From a virus, in the IMG/VR virus record IMGVR_UViG_3300011763_000009, positions 13,182 to 77,181 of that record: a stretch of 64,000 nucleotides of DNA; one strand, 5' to 3'. Made by a program: the position numbers and the translations under genes. Below, piece after piece: positions 26,012 through 35,830 of the stretch. The notes beneath the pieces were generated by a model. That model searched no databases and had not been told where the DNA came from. It saw nothing but the letters and a program-made list of their open reading frames with translations. Each line of letters opens with the position of its first letter. Position 1 is the stretch's first letter.

Positions 26012-26368
26012 ATGATCAATCGCTATGATCAGAGACAGGTTTACGAAGCCACATTGCATGCCTGCCTTTTTGCGGTCCGCGACGGCTTTCCGCATCTCGC
26101 CATCCGCGACATCGTCGATCCCAACCATGCATGGTTTGATGCAGCGCTCGCCCGTCAGGTTGCCATGCACCTGGTCATTCGCGAGTTCGGCTGGCCAAAG
26201 ACCCGCGTTGCCGAGACGGAAGAACGGTCCCGTGAGGCCATAAACCGGGCTTTACGCACGATTGATCGCCGTCTGGAACACGACCGCTTTGCCGCGCACT
26301 ACCAGATGATGAAAGAGCGCGCCCGAGAACTCTTTTTCCTTCGCACCTCCGATAACGAGGTCGCATAA
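26012..26368 (+). CDS. Helical DNA-binding protein (DnaA C-terminal-like)
   Basis: AALARQVAMHL..R.R.AINRALR pattern. Confidence 0.7.
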   Translation: MINRYDQRQVYEATLHACLFAVRDGFPHLAIRDIVDPNHAWFDAALARQVAMHLVIREFGWPKTRVAETEERSREAINRALRTIDRRLEHDRFAAHYQMMKERARELFFLRTSDNEVA

Positions 26369-26370
26369 GC

Positions 26371-27237
26371 ATGGCATCCTTCAAGTCCATTTCCCTTAAG
26401 TCCATCCACGTGGGCGACCGCGCGCGCCCTGTCGATGAAGATCATGCCCTGGCAATCGCTGCTTCCATGGTCGAGCGCGGGCTTATCAACCCCATAACCG
26501 TTCGCTCTACCCCAAACGCCAAGAAGGGCGAGACTCCCTACACGCTGGTCGCTGGCGGGCATCGCCTTCGCGGGGCCGAACTCAATCAGTGGCCCGAGAT
26601 CGACGCGATCATCGTGTCGGCCGACGCGGCCGAAGCGCAGCTGATGGAAATCAGCGAGAACCTTTTCCGGAACGAGCTTTCCGCGCTCGATCGCGCAATC
26701 TTCGTCCAGAAGTTCCGCGAAATCTACGAGGACAAACACGGCAAGATCGATCGAACCTTAAATTTGAAGCAAGGGCAGGTTTCCCCGAAGTCCAACGATT
26801 GGACTTCGGTATTCTCACCCGGCAGAGAACTCTCTGAGCGCGTGCAGGAACGTCTCGGTTTCGGTCGAAGCACATACTTTAATGTGACAAAGATCGGCCA
26901 GAACCTGCATCCGATGCTTCGCCAAGCTATTCGCGGAACCGACGCCGAGGACGACCAGGCGCAACTCCTGAAGCTGGCAAAACTGCCGAAGGACGAACAG
27001 GTCAAGATTGCCGCCGCTCTTAAGGAAGAGCCGAACCTTAAGCGGGCGCTTGCATTCACGAAACCACCTGCGCTCGTGGCGACGCCAGCAGCGGTGTCTC
27101 AATCTTCCATTTTCACCAAACTGACCGCCGCCTGGGACGATGCCAGTGAGGAAACCAGAAACAGTTTCCTCGAATACATCGGCATGGCGGGCAGCGTCGA
27201 TACTTTGATGGCGGCTATTCGCGAGGAAGCGGCATGA
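26371..27237 (+). CDS. ParB-N domain protein
   Basis: GLINPITVR, LVAGGHRL, EISENLFRNELS. Confidence 0.85.
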   Translation: MASFKSISLKSIHVGDRARPVDEDHALAIAASMVERGLINPITVRSTPNAKKGETPYTLVAGGHRLRGAELNQWPEIDAIIVSADAAEAQLMEISENLFRNELSALDRAIFVQKFREIYEDKHGKIDRTLNLKQGQVSPKSNDWTSVFSPGRELSERVQERLGFGRSTYFNVTKIGQNLHPMLRQAIRGTDAEDDQAQLLKLAKLPKDEQVKIAAALKEEPNLKRALAFTKPPALVATPAAVSQSSIFTKLTAAWDDASEETRNSFLEYIGMAGSVDTLMAAIREEAA

Positions 27238-27692
27238 AACGCGATCCCTCCCAACTCGATTTCTTCATCGAAACCATGTTTCCGTCTCGCTCGGCTGTCG
27301 ATCGGATCGATATCGATCGTTTCCGGTCTCGCCTGAAGAGGGAAATGTCCCGTGCCGTGCGCGAATGCGCCTATGATCGCGCCACTATCGCGGCACTGAT
27401 GGCCCGTTATCTTGGCCTGACATCGATCTCACGCGCCTCGCTCGACGCCTACACGGCGGAAAGCAAGGTCAATCACGATATCAGCCTCATTCGCTTCAAG
27501 GCATTTGTTCGGGCAACCGGTGCGAACTGGCTTTGGGACGCGATCGTTTCCGAAGACGGCTTGACCGTGCTGGAAGGTGACGAAGCGCGCCTGGCCGAGA
27601 TCGCACGGCTCCAGCAGGATCAGCGGGCAATAGCGGCAGAGCTAAAAGTGCTTCAGGCGACACCCGTCAACATCAAGCGAGGCCGCAAATGA
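27234..27692 (+). CDS. Putative DNA-binding protein upstream of the transposase
   Basis: ISRASLDAYTAES; coupled. Confidence 0.75.
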   Translation: MKRDPSQLDFFIETMFPSRSAVDRIDIDRFRSRLKREMSRAVRECAYDRATIAALMARYLGLTSISRASLDAYTAESKVNHDISLIRFKAFVRATGANWLWDAIVSEDGLTVLEGDEARLAEIARLQQDQRAIAAELKVLQATPVNIKRGRK

Positions 27693-29665
27693 AGCAGGAG
27701 TGGTTTTCCGTTGCGGAAATGATTGCGGCCAAGCTGCCCGACATGCCGAAGGACGCTTCCGGCTACTCCCGTCACATCACCCGTCACGGCTGGCATAGCC
27801 AGACCGCGAAGGTGAAAAAGCAGGACGGACGCGAAGGCGGCGGCGGCTTCAAATATCATTATTCCCTGCTTCCGAGCAGCGCACGCTCGAAGCTGGCGTT
27901 CTTGCATACGGAGCTTCCAGCAGGACGCACGGACGCCTCAAAGCCCCTTTGGGCCAAGTTTGAGGCCATGACGAACGAGCATAAAGCCATCTGCCGCAAG
28001 CGGCTGGATATTGTCGTCGAGGTCATGGATATGAAGGCGGCTGGCCTTCCTGCCGGAAAAGCAATCGAATATTGCGCCAAGAAAGCCGCCGTATCCGTCC
28101 GCACGCTCTATAACTGGCTGGAATGCATTGAAGGACAGGCCCGTCAGGACTGGCTTGCCGCTCTGGCACCGTCCTTCTCGGCTGCTGCTGACGGCGTTCT
28201 GCCCGATCTGGCCGAATGCCATTCACAGGCATGGGACGTTCTCGCATCCGATTACCTGCGTTCAGAAGCTCCAGCCTTCAGCGCCTGCTATCGCCGCATG
28301 AAGGCAACCGCCAAGAAATACGGTTGGGCACCTATCCCATCGGAGCGCACCCTGCGTCGCCACATGGATATTCGCGTTCCTCACGCCGCCCAGGTACTGG
28401 CGCGAAAGGGCAAGGAAGAAGCGAAACGGCTTATGCCCGCGCAGCAGCGTTCAGTTGCGCATCTAGCGGCTATGCAGATCACCAACACGGACGGTCACAA
28501 ACTCGACCTGCATGTGCAATTTCCGAACCGGGAAAAGTGGGGCCGTGTGTACCTGATGGGTATTCAGGACATCTATTCCCGCAAAATCCTCTCATGGGTT
28601 CTGGCAGAATCGGAAACGTGGGAGGCCGTTCGCACCATTATCGGCAACATGGTCGAAGTGCACGGCATTCCCGATCATCTCTACATGGACAACGGCAAGG
28701 CCTTCGCCAGCAAGAAGATTTCAGGCGGCGCGAAGTCGCGCCACCGTTACAAAATCACCGAAGACGAGGTCGCGGGCCTGCTCAAGACGCTCGGCATCGA
28801 GGCGCATTTCGTCACGCCGTATTCGGGGCAGTCGAAGCCGATCGAACGCGGTTGGGGCGATCTGGCGGAAAACATTGCCAAGCATCCGGACATGGCCGGT
28901 TGCTACACGGGCCGCAATACGCAGGAAAAACCGGAGAATTACGGCAAGCGTGCCGTGCCGCTCGACGAACTGGAGACCCACGTCGCCCGCTGTATCGAGG
29001 AGCACAATGCCCGCGCCGGTCGCGAGACCGAAATGGCAAAGGGCCGCAGCTTTGACCAGGTGTTTGCCGAAAGCATCGCCGATCCGGCCAACCTGCCGCG
29101 TTTTGCCAGCCCGTCGCAGCGTTCGCTATGGATGCTGACGGCCGAGACCGTCACCGCTCGGAAACCGAACGGTGCAATCCACATGTTCGAAAACCGCTAC
29201 TGGCACAAAATACTAAACCAGTGGATCGGCAAGAAGCTTACCGTTCGCTTCGATCCTTCGAACCTGCACGGCGCAGTCAAAATCTACGATCCGAAAGGCC
29301 GCTTCCTCTGCGACGCGGACTGCGTACAGAAGTCCGGCTTCGATTGCGCCGCAGCTGCTGCCGAAATGGCAAAGGCCCGCAAGGCCAAGGCTAAGGATGA
29401 CGCCGCAGCACTCGATAGCGCACGCCGCCTGAGCGATTTGCAACTGAAGCGCATCATGAAACAGGGCGAGGAAAAAGCACCCGCAGAGGACGCACCGAAG
29501 CGCCCAACTGTTACGCGCCTCATCACCAAATCACCCGTCGCGATCGCGCCGGCAATATCCACCGACGAGATTTCGGACGCCGAATTCGAAAGCAAGTTTT
29601 CCCGTGCCATGGCGGCGCTTTCCAGCGCCGACGACACGGTCATTCCATTCCCCACGCGGGAGTAA
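27689..29665 (+). CDS. Mu-type DDE transposase A
   Basis: N-terminal Mu HTH (EWFSVAE..GGG..YHYSLLP), TDGH, YMDNG, KPIER, VRFDP. Confidence 0.95.
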   Translation: MKQEWFSVAEMIAAKLPDMPKDASGYSRHITRHGWHSQTAKVKKQDGREGGGGFKYHYSLLPSSARSKLAFLHTELPAGRTDASKPLWAKFEAMTNEHKAICRKRLDIVVEVMDMKAAGLPAGKAIEYCAKKAAVSVRTLYNWLECIEGQARQDWLAALAPSFSAAADGVLPDLAECHSQAWDVLASDYLRSEAPAFSACYRRMKATAKKYGWAPIPSERTLRRHMDIRVPHAAQVLARKGKEEAKRLMPAQQRSVAHLAAMQITNTDGHKLDLHVQFPNREKWGRVYLMGIQDIYSRKILSWVLAESETWEAVRTIIGNMVEVHGIPDHLYMDNGKAFASKKISGGAKSRHRYKITEDEVAGLLKTLGIEAHFVTPYSGQSKPIERGWGDLAENIAKHPDMAGCYTGRNTQEKPENYGKRAVPLDELETHVARCIEEHNARAGRETEMAKGRSFDQVFAESIADPANLPRFASPSQRSLWMLTAETVTARKPNGAIHMFENRYWHKILNQWIGKKLTVRFDPSNLHGAVKIYDPKGRFLCDADCVQKSGFDCAAAAAEMAKARKAKAKDDAAALDSARRLSDLQLKRIMKQGEEKAPAEDAPKRPTVTRLITKSPVAIAPAISTDEISDAEFESKFSRAMAALSSADDTVIPFPTRE

Positions 29666-29797
29666 CGGATCAGGCAAAAGCCTGACCGCAAAAAAGAAGA
29701 GCCGATTAGTAGTGAGTACGGTTCCAGCCAAACAGGGCGAAAAAAAATGAGCGGGCCAAAGAAGCCCGCCCGCAATTGCTCAATAAAGGAACCTTAG

Positions 29798-30817
29798 ATG
29801 AAAAGACCCGTAAACTCAAACGTCTCCTGGGAACTGCCCGAACCGGTCGCAGACTTCCTTGCGAAACATACCCCCGAAGCTGTCGCCACATGGCGCCGCC
29901 TCGTGGGGCGCACCGCCGAAGCCGGCATCGCCAACAACTGGACCAAGGCAGAAGTTTCCCGGCGCATCGGTATGCCAGAAGGTACGTTCCACCCGTGGCT
30001 TTCAGGCAAATACAATGGCGATCTCGACAAGCAGAACACCACCGTTGCGCAGTGGCTCGATAATCTGGAGCAGAACGCAAATCTCGCATCCCGCATCCCG
30101 GTCTCGCCGCCATTCATTCAGCTGCGCAGCTCGATTGAGGTCATGGACGTATTGAGTTGGGCGCAGTTGGCCCCTGACTTCGTTGTTGTGACCCTCGGCG
30201 CAGGCATGGGCAAATCGATGGTATGCGACCGGTTTGCAAAGAGCCGTCCGCATGTTTTCCATGCAACGGTTTCGGAAAGCACAAAAACGACGCATGGCAT
30301 GCTCGTCGAGCTTGCGGCGGAACTGGAAGTTCTCGAACACAATCCTGCCCGGCTCGCCCGTGCAATCGGCAACAAAATCCGTCGCACCGGCGATGGCACG
30401 CTGCTGATCGTGGACGAGGCGCAGCACCTTGACGACGCGGCCGTCAATGAACTCCGCTCATTTGTCGACAAGTACCGTTGTGGCGTTGCTCTTGTCGGCA
30501 ACAGTGAGGTTTACAGCCGGTTCTCCAAGTCGAAGCAGGGTCACTCCTACGCCCAGATCAAGAGCCGCATAGGTCGCCGCCTTCACCGGGCCGATCCCTA
30601 CCAGGAAGATTTGCAGGCTTACATCACCGCTTGGAATGTGGATGACACGGCTTGCCGCCAGTTCCTTATGGGTATCGGCTCGAAAGGCGGCGCATTTCGC
30701 CAGATCGACAAGACGATGCGCATGGCGCTGATGATCGCCCGGATCGACGAAGAGCCGTTGGAACTACGCCATTTGCGCAAGGCGTGGCAGCAGCGCGACG
30801 TTGAGGACATGTCATGA
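29798..30817 (+). CDS. MuB-like AAA+ transposition ATPase
   Basis: N-terminal HTH, GAGMGKS, LIVDEAQHL, SRIG. Confidence 0.93.
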   Translation: MKRPVNSNVSWELPEPVADFLAKHTPEAVATWRRLVGRTAEAGIANNWTKAEVSRRIGMPEGTFHPWLSGKYNGDLDKQNTTVAQWLDNLEQNANLASRIPVSPPFIQLRSSIEVMDVLSWAQLAPDFVVVTLGAGMGKSMVCDRFAKSRPHVFHATVSESTKTTHGMLVELAAELEVLEHNPARLARAIGNKIRRTGDGTLLIVDEAQHLDDAAVNELRSFVDKYRCGVALVGNSEVYSRFSKSKQGHSYAQIKSRIGRRLHRADPYQEDLQAYITAWNVDDTACRQFLMGIGSKGGAFRQIDKTMRMALMIARIDEEPLELRHLRKAWQQRDVEDMS

Positions 30818-31140
30818 GCTTGGCCCTCCACGATCTTTCAGAGGGCCTTGAGGCCCTCAAACATGACCTTAGCCAGTTTCAGAATATCGACGCCCCCGAG
30901 ACGGTCGAGATCGATGCCGCCGAGATGAAAAAGCTCTTCCTCATCGTCGAGGCGATGCATCGCCTTGCAATCCTGATGGAAACCGAACTCGGAGTTTTCC
31001 GCAGCGTCGAGGCCGGCCGCACCGTGCGCGAGGCAATCGAACAGCTTTCGGTCCAACAACTGCGCAGCCTTATGCCTGAGGCCGCCGGAAATATCATCCG
31101 CCCGAACTTTGGAGGAAAGAAGAATGACGGCGAAGCCTGA
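30814..31140 (+). CDS. Hypothetical protein
   Basis: Coupled ORF. Confidence 0.7.
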   Translation: MSLALHDLSEGLEALKHDLSQFQNIDAPETVEIDAAEMKKLFLIVEAMHRLAILMETELGVFRSVEAGRTVREAIEQLSVQQLRSLMPEAAGNIIRPNFGGKKNDGEA

Positions 31141-31486
31141 ATGCGTTTCCGATCTCCTGCGTGAGCTTTATCAAGGTCTGAACGAGGAGCTGGCCGAGAA
31201 GGGCCATATTCATCTCGACCGCGCCATGTCGTCGAGGCTGGTGATGAGCGTTGGCAAGATTGCCGATCACGCCCGAAAACTTGAAAACGCCTGGTCGTGC
31301 GCGGAGTGGAACCGCCGCGCGTTCGAGGATCGCCTGAAGCTGATTTCCGACATGAACGCCGTTACGGCCGAGGTTCTTCAACTGATGCGGCCCGACACCA
31401 TGGACGGCGGCAAGGTCGTCCAGTTCCGTCCCAAACCCTCCAATGCCCCTGCACCTTCCGCGCCGTCCGGTGGCGACGCGGCCTGA
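31124..31486 (+). CDS. Hypothetical protein
   Basis: GGAGG RBS. Confidence 0.7.
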   Translation: MTAKPECVSDLLRELYQGLNEELAEKGHIHLDRAMSSRLVMSVGKIADHARKLENAWSCAEWNRRAFEDRLKLISDMNAVTAEVLQLMRPDTMDGGKVVQFRPKPSNAPAPSAPSGGDAA

Positions 31487-31519
31487 TACCCTTTCACATT
31501 AAATTATGAGGTTTTACCC

Positions 31520-32269
31520 ATGCAGTCCGTCATTATCGCAGACCAGAAGCCGAACCGCCCCACTTTCGACGTGGCCGGCAAAACATATGTAGAAGATATT
31601 CGCGGCCGGTTGATCCCGATCGAGGACTATCAGGAAGTCCAGGCAGAGGCCGGTCGGATCGAGGTCAACGGCTATTCGCACGTCCAGGACGCCGAGGGCC
31701 GCTGGATCGATTGGCGACTGGTGAAAACCAAGGATCAGTTGCAGGACGAGATCGTCCGCAAGATCATTGCCTACGCTGTCGATCTTTCTGCGCAGATCAC
31801 CCGTTTCCGCCGCCATACCGAGACCGACGTTAACGGCATCATGGAACTGCTCCAGCAGGAATACGGCGTCACCATCGGTGGCCCTGGCGGAAACTTCACG
31901 TTGCGCACCTTCGACGATCTCCAGCGCGTAGAGGTCAAGGTCGGCAAATTCATGGAATTTGGTCCCGAGATCCACAGCGCAAAAAAGCTGATCGACGAAT
32001 ATCTGCGTGAACTGACCTCCGATGCCATTCCCGAACTGAAAATGCTCGTCCTTGGCGCATTCGAAGTCGACAAGAAGGGAAAGCTTGATCGTCAGAAAAT
32101 CCTCAATCTCAAAACATACGCCATCAAGGATGAGCGCTGGCAGCGAGCTATGCAGGCGATTTCGGATGCGGACCGAACAGTGATGGTGCGTGAATATCTG
32201 CATTTCAAGCACCGGCAGTCTCACCAGGACGAATTCAAGTCCATCGTCATCAATCTGGCGAAAGCGTGA
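31520..32269 (+). CDS. DUF3164-family Mu-like early protein
   Basis: QEYGV..GGPGGN.T..FD..AKKLIDE..AF.VDKKG..WQRAMQAISDA. Confidence 0.85.
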   Translation: MQSVIIADQKPNRPTFDVAGKTYVEDIRGRLIPIEDYQEVQAEAGRIEVNGYSHVQDAEGRWIDWRLVKTKDQLQDEIVRKIIAYAVDLSAQITRFRRHTETDVNGIMELLQQEYGVTIGGPGGNFTLRTFDDLQRVEVKVGKFMEFGPEIHSAKKLIDEYLRELTSDAIPELKMLVLGAFEVDKKGKLDRQKILNLKTYAIKDERWQRAMQAISDADRTVMVREYLHFKHRQSHQDEFKSIVINLAKA

Positions 32270-32277
32270 GGTGCGAC

Positions 32278-32517
32278 ATGAAAAACCGTCTCATCGACCT
32301 CAATAATCACCTGTTCGCCCAACTGGAGCGGCTCAACGAGGAAGAGTTGACCGCCGAGAAGGTGGATATGGAAGTGAAGCGCACGGAGGCAATCGTCACC
32401 GTCAGCGAACAGATCATCCGGAATGCCGACCTTTGCCTGAAGGCTGCGAAGCTCGTTGCCGATCATGGTGACCGCTTCAAGTCGGTTCTGCCCATGATTG
32501 AAGGGAAACCGTCATGA
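32278..32517 (+). CDS. Conserved phage protein (DLNNHLFAQLERL), HNH partner
   Basis: Motif typically found upstream of phage HNH genes. Confidence 0.75.
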   Translation: MKNRLIDLNNHLFAQLERLNEEELTAEKVDMEVKRTEAIVTVSEQIIRNADLCLKAAKLVADHGDRFKSVLPMIEGKPS

Positions 32518-33155
32518 AGGGCCGCGCCATCACCTATTCCTCGACCGAACTTGCGTTCATCGAGAGATATCGGGAAGCGCCCCGAAAGCGCGTCTTCGAA
32601 GCGTTCTGCAGGGAGTTCGACCGTTACGATGTCTCGCTCAGCGCCTTCACCGGTCTTTGCAAACGCAAAGGCTGGCTGACGGGTCGCACTGGCCGTTACG
32701 ATCGTGGCGCGGTTCCTGCGAACAAGGGCAAGAAGATGCCCTTTAACGAGAATAGCGCGAGAACGCAGTTCAAGAGGGGACAACTCCCTCACAATACCAA
32801 ATATCTTGGCCACGAACGCGTATCGAAAGACGGTTATGTCGAGATCAGCGTGGCCGAAACCAATCCTCATACGGGGTTCGAGCGCCGTTACGTCCTGAAG
32901 CACAAGCACCTTTGGGAGCAGGTGAACGGTCCTGTTCCGGAGGGCATGTTTCTCAAATGCCTGGATAGCAATCGGCAGAACACCGATCCATCGAATTGGG
33001 AACTCATGCCGCGCGCCACGCTGCCATACCTGACCGGCTTTCGTGGGATTGATTACGACGCCGCAGAGCCGGAACTCAAGCCAGCAATCCTTGCCGTCGC
33101 CAAACTCAAACACAAGGTTCGCTCCTCCAAGCTTCCGAAAGGCGGTGCGGCATGA
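32514..33155 (+). CDS. HNH endonuclease-like protein
   Basis: PANKGKK, TQFKRGQLPHN, KHKHLWEQVNGPVP..D.NRQN..SNW. Confidence 0.8.
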   Translation: MKGRAITYSSTELAFIERYREAPRKRVFEAFCREFDRYDVSLSAFTGLCKRKGWLTGRTGRYDRGAVPANKGKKMPFNENSARTQFKRGQLPHNTKYLGHERVSKDGYVEISVAETNPHTGFERRYVLKHKHLWEQVNGPVPEGMFLKCLDSNRQNTDPSNWELMPRATLPYLTGFRGIDYDAAEPELKPAILAVAKLKHKVRSSKLPKGGAA

Positions 33156-33520
33156 ACAACACCGGACTTCCCAAGCCCTGCCTGAATTATCCATCGCGAT
33201 CTGACGCCATCCGAGCACTTCGCGCCGAAGGCTTTTCAAACAGGCAAATCGCAGAAAAGACGGGTATTCCGCTCAACAACGTCTGCGCTCTAGTGCCGAT
33301 GAAACCAAAGCCCGCATCTGTGCCGATACCCCGCGAGACGGGTTACCGCGTCGGGGAGCAGAACGTCGCCAGGATCGGTTTGAACTTCGAAATCCGGCAG
33401 ATGCTTCGGCCCTTCGCGGCGAAACGCAACATGTCGGTGGAAACGCTTATCACCGATCTGGTCGAGAAGATCGCCGAGGACGGCCTTGTCGATGCTGTCA
33501 TGGATGACGGGGTGAACTGA
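33152..33520 (+). CDS. HTH protein
   Basis: GFSNRQIAEKTGI. Confidence 0.75.
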   Translation: MNNTGLPKPCLNYPSRSDAIRALRAEGFSNRQIAEKTGIPLNNVCALVPMKPKPASVPIPRETGYRVGEQNVARIGLNFEIRQMLRPFAAKRNMSVETLITDLVEKIAEDGLVDAVMDDGVN

Positions 33521-33801
33521 TGGCCCACATTGTTTGCTATCGATCGGGCGAAACCTTTGTCAGCCGCCGCGTGCCGAAAGGCACCATGAAGATCGTCACC
33601 GGTCATGGCCGCCGCCTGAAGCGCATTCTTTCTGTATGCGCCCGCCATGCCTATGACGGCAATACACTGCTCGTTCCCGGCCTGCCTGAAGCTGAAAACG
33701 ACCTTCAGGCGATCTCGGCAGTCAAGGGCTTCGAGGAGATGCTACGCGTCCGCCTGGCGAAGGGTCCGCACCGCCGCACAAAGGGGCGCAGGCTGCTATG
33801 A
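33520..33801 (+). CDS. Conserved Mu-like early protein
   Basis: ARHAYDGNTLLVPGLPEA motif. Confidence 0.75.
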   Translation: MAHIVCYRSGETFVSRRVPKGTMKIVTGHGRRLKRILSVCARHAYDGNTLLVPGLPEAENDLQAISAVKGFEEMLRVRLAKGPHRRTKGRRLL

Positions 33802-34001
33802 GCTACGACTACATCCGCAACTATTACGGCATCGAGATCACCGTGAACCGGCTCGTCCGGCACACGGTGACCGGCCGCTACGGCAAGATCAAGCCGGAAG
33901 GCCGATCGCATCGGCACTACGTCAAAGTGCATTTCCACGGCGACAAGCATAACAGCAATTGCCATCCGGAAGAGTTGGAGTTTGTCGCCCATGACGAGTA
34001 A
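33798..34001 (+). CDS. Hypothetical phage protein
   Basis: YIRNYYG..CHP motif. Confidence 0.7.
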   Translation: MSYDYIRNYYGIEITVNRLVRHTVTGRYGKIKPEGRSHRHYVKVHFHGDKHNSNCHPEELEFVAHDE

Positions 34002-34254
34002 GCGCCAAATCCCTGCTGCCTTCACCAAAGGGCACGTGCTCTGCTCTCCGTCCGGAAAGCTTCAGCCGAAAACATGGGGCGAAACTGCCGCCAAGGCGAT
34101 CGCATCCAAATACCGGAAACGCGACACCTGGGAAAAGGCGCAGCGCCGGGGCTGGTCGGTCCAGTTCGTCTACGTGCGCATTTTCATCCCGGTTTTCAAA
34201 GCCACCTACACAACCACCGAAATCAGCGAGGCCCATGATGCCGAGGACATTTGA
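33991..34254 (+). CDS. Hypothetical protein
   Basis: GGAG RBS, overlapping. Confidence 0.6.
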   Translation: MTSKRQIPAAFTKGHVLCSPSGKLQPKTWGETAAKAIASKYRKRDTWEKAQRRGWSVQFVYVRIFIPVFKATYTTTEISEAHDAEDI

Positions 34255-34432
34255 ACCTGATCAGTTTCTGACGGCGCTGATCGACGCATTTCTACAAGCC
34301 GGCCATTTCGTTCATGCCAAGGGCGGCAAAATGTTCGTCCTGGTCGTGACCGAGGAAGGCGGCGAGGACACATCTTCCGAGTTCTGCCTTACCGACATTG
34401 CAGCCCATGCGGCGCGGAGGATGTCGAAATGA
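34235..34432 (+). CDS. Hypothetical protein
   Basis: GAGG RBS, coupled. Confidence 0.6.
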   Translation: MMPRTFEPDQFLTALIDAFLQAGHFVHAKGGKMFVLVVTEEGGEDTSSEFCLTDIAAHAARRMSK

Positions 34433-35106
34433 GCCAACACAACCGCTCCATTTTCGGCGGCTTCCGTCAGCTCGGTATCGTTGACGAGGACGCGCAGCGC
34501 GACATATACGCCCGCGTGACCGGACAGACCCGGCTTTCACTGATGAACGAGCAACAGCAGAAATCCGTTGTCGATGAACTGCGACGGCTCGGGTACAGGC
34601 CAAAGCCCTCGGCCCCGTCACTGCCGGGTTTTCGCCAGGACGGCCGCGACGGCAAGCGCAAGCTGTCCGGCAAGTATGTGCCGAAGATGCGGGCGCTCTG
34701 GATCGCCTGCTACAATCTCGGTGTCATCGAGGACCGCCGCGATAGCGCGCTGGAAGCCTTCGCGATGGGCCGGCAGTTGCCGAACATTTCCGATATGCGT
34801 TTCGTCCATACGGCAAGCGACGGTGCCAGTGTCGTCGAGGCGCTGAAGGGTATGCTTGCGCGCGCCGGCGTCACCTGGGCCGATCGGGTGCCTTGTGAGC
34901 CTTACGAGAAAAGCCCCGGTTACAAGATCGCCCGCGCACAGTGGGCGATCCTGCATCCGGCCGAGCCGAACGCTTTCTGGCAGGCCGTCACCCACATCGC
35001 CAATGAAAGCATCAGCTATCGGAATTTGAGCGATGCCGAGTGGATCACGGTCATGAACCATTTCGGGCCGCAGGTTCGCCGCCGGAAGAAGGGCGGTAAA
35101 CCATGA
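34429..35106 (+). CDS. gemA: GemA (Mu gp16) family protein
   Basis: RQLGI..VTG..L.RLG; KMRALW..LG..ALEAF; VVEALK. Confidence 0.85.
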   Translation: MSQHNRSIFGGFRQLGIVDEDAQRDIYARVTGQTRLSLMNEQQQKSVVDELRRLGYRPKPSAPSLPGFRQDGRDGKRKLSGKYVPKMRALWIACYNLGVIEDRRDSALEAFAMGRQLPNISDMRFVHTASDGASVVEALKGMLARAGVTWADRVPCEPYEKSPGYKIARAQWAILHPAEPNAFWQAVTHIANESISYRNLSDAEWITVMNHFGPQVRRRKKGGKP

Positions 35107-35348
35107 CGCAAAATGTCGTCCCGCTCGTCCATGATGCCGCCCTGCGCGATCTTGCCGCTCCGTCGCTTGTCGACCCGGCTGGCCGCCCAATGCAACTCTA
35201 TTCCTTCAGCTACCGCCACGGCGACAAGCCCTGGTCGTTCTCTCTCTGGGCTTACTCGAAACGTGATGCCAAACAACGCCTGCGCGCGCTTCGCCGCAAT
35301 GTGCGCCTTGACGGCATGATAGTTGCGGAAATTGAGGGCGGCAACTGA
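35103..35348 (+). CDS. Hypothetical protein
   Basis: Coupled ORF. Confidence 0.65.
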   Translation: MTQNVVPLVHDAALRDLAAPSLVDPAGRPMQLYSFSYRHGDKPWSFSLWAYSKRDAKQRLRALRRNVRLDGMIVAEIEGGN

Positions 35349-35734
35349 TGTCCGACTTGCCCGATCGCGCCTACATGACACCGCTGTTGAACCGTATCGC
35401 CGATGTTGCCGGCGAACGGGCCGCGATCATACTCGGCCGTGAAAAAGCGGGCCTGCAAATCTACATTCCGGAAACTGTTACCCCAAACCACTGGTTAGCC
35501 GACCTTGTCGGGCTCGATGCAGCGAAAGCCATAGCCGTTGCGTGGGGCAGCAAACATTTAGTGGTTCCCCCTGCCATGAACGGGGACAAACGCCGTCGCG
35601 CTTCGACGATTGCGGAACTAATCGAAAAAGGCTACTCCAATAATCAGATCGTAGCGCTTACCGGCGTATCGCGCCGCACAGTAATCGAGCATCGCCGCAA
35701 GCGGCCGGACGATCGACAAGCCTCCCTGTTTTAG
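35348..35734 (+). CDS. Mor/C-like transcription activator
   Basis: AGLQIYIP; C-terminal HTH SNNQIVALTGVSRRTV; before lysis genes. Confidence 0.8.
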   Translation: MSDLPDRAYMTPLLNRIADVAGERAAIILGREKAGLQIYIPETVTPNHWLADLVGLDAAKAIAVAWGSKHLVVPPAMNGDKRRRASTIAELIEKGYSNNQIVALTGVSRRTVIEHRRKRPDDRQASLF

Positions 35735-35736
35735 TT

Positions 35737-35755
35737 CCGTGGTGCAGAAATGCAC
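35737..35755 (+). promoter_or_regulatory. Putative late-activator site upstream of lysis genes
   Basis: CCGTGGTGCAGAAATGCAC; near-identical copy at 43127. Confidence 0.7.
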
Positions 35756-35830
35756 TCATGAGAACATGGGCCGAACGGCCCAATAGTCCTCTCGACGGGG
35801 GCGCCTCAAGCCCCTCTTGAAGGGGCTATA

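Noticed and set aside
28216..29055. 279-aa alternative-frame ORF inside the transposase
   Set aside because: Arg/Gly/Pro-rich frame artefact of GC3 bias
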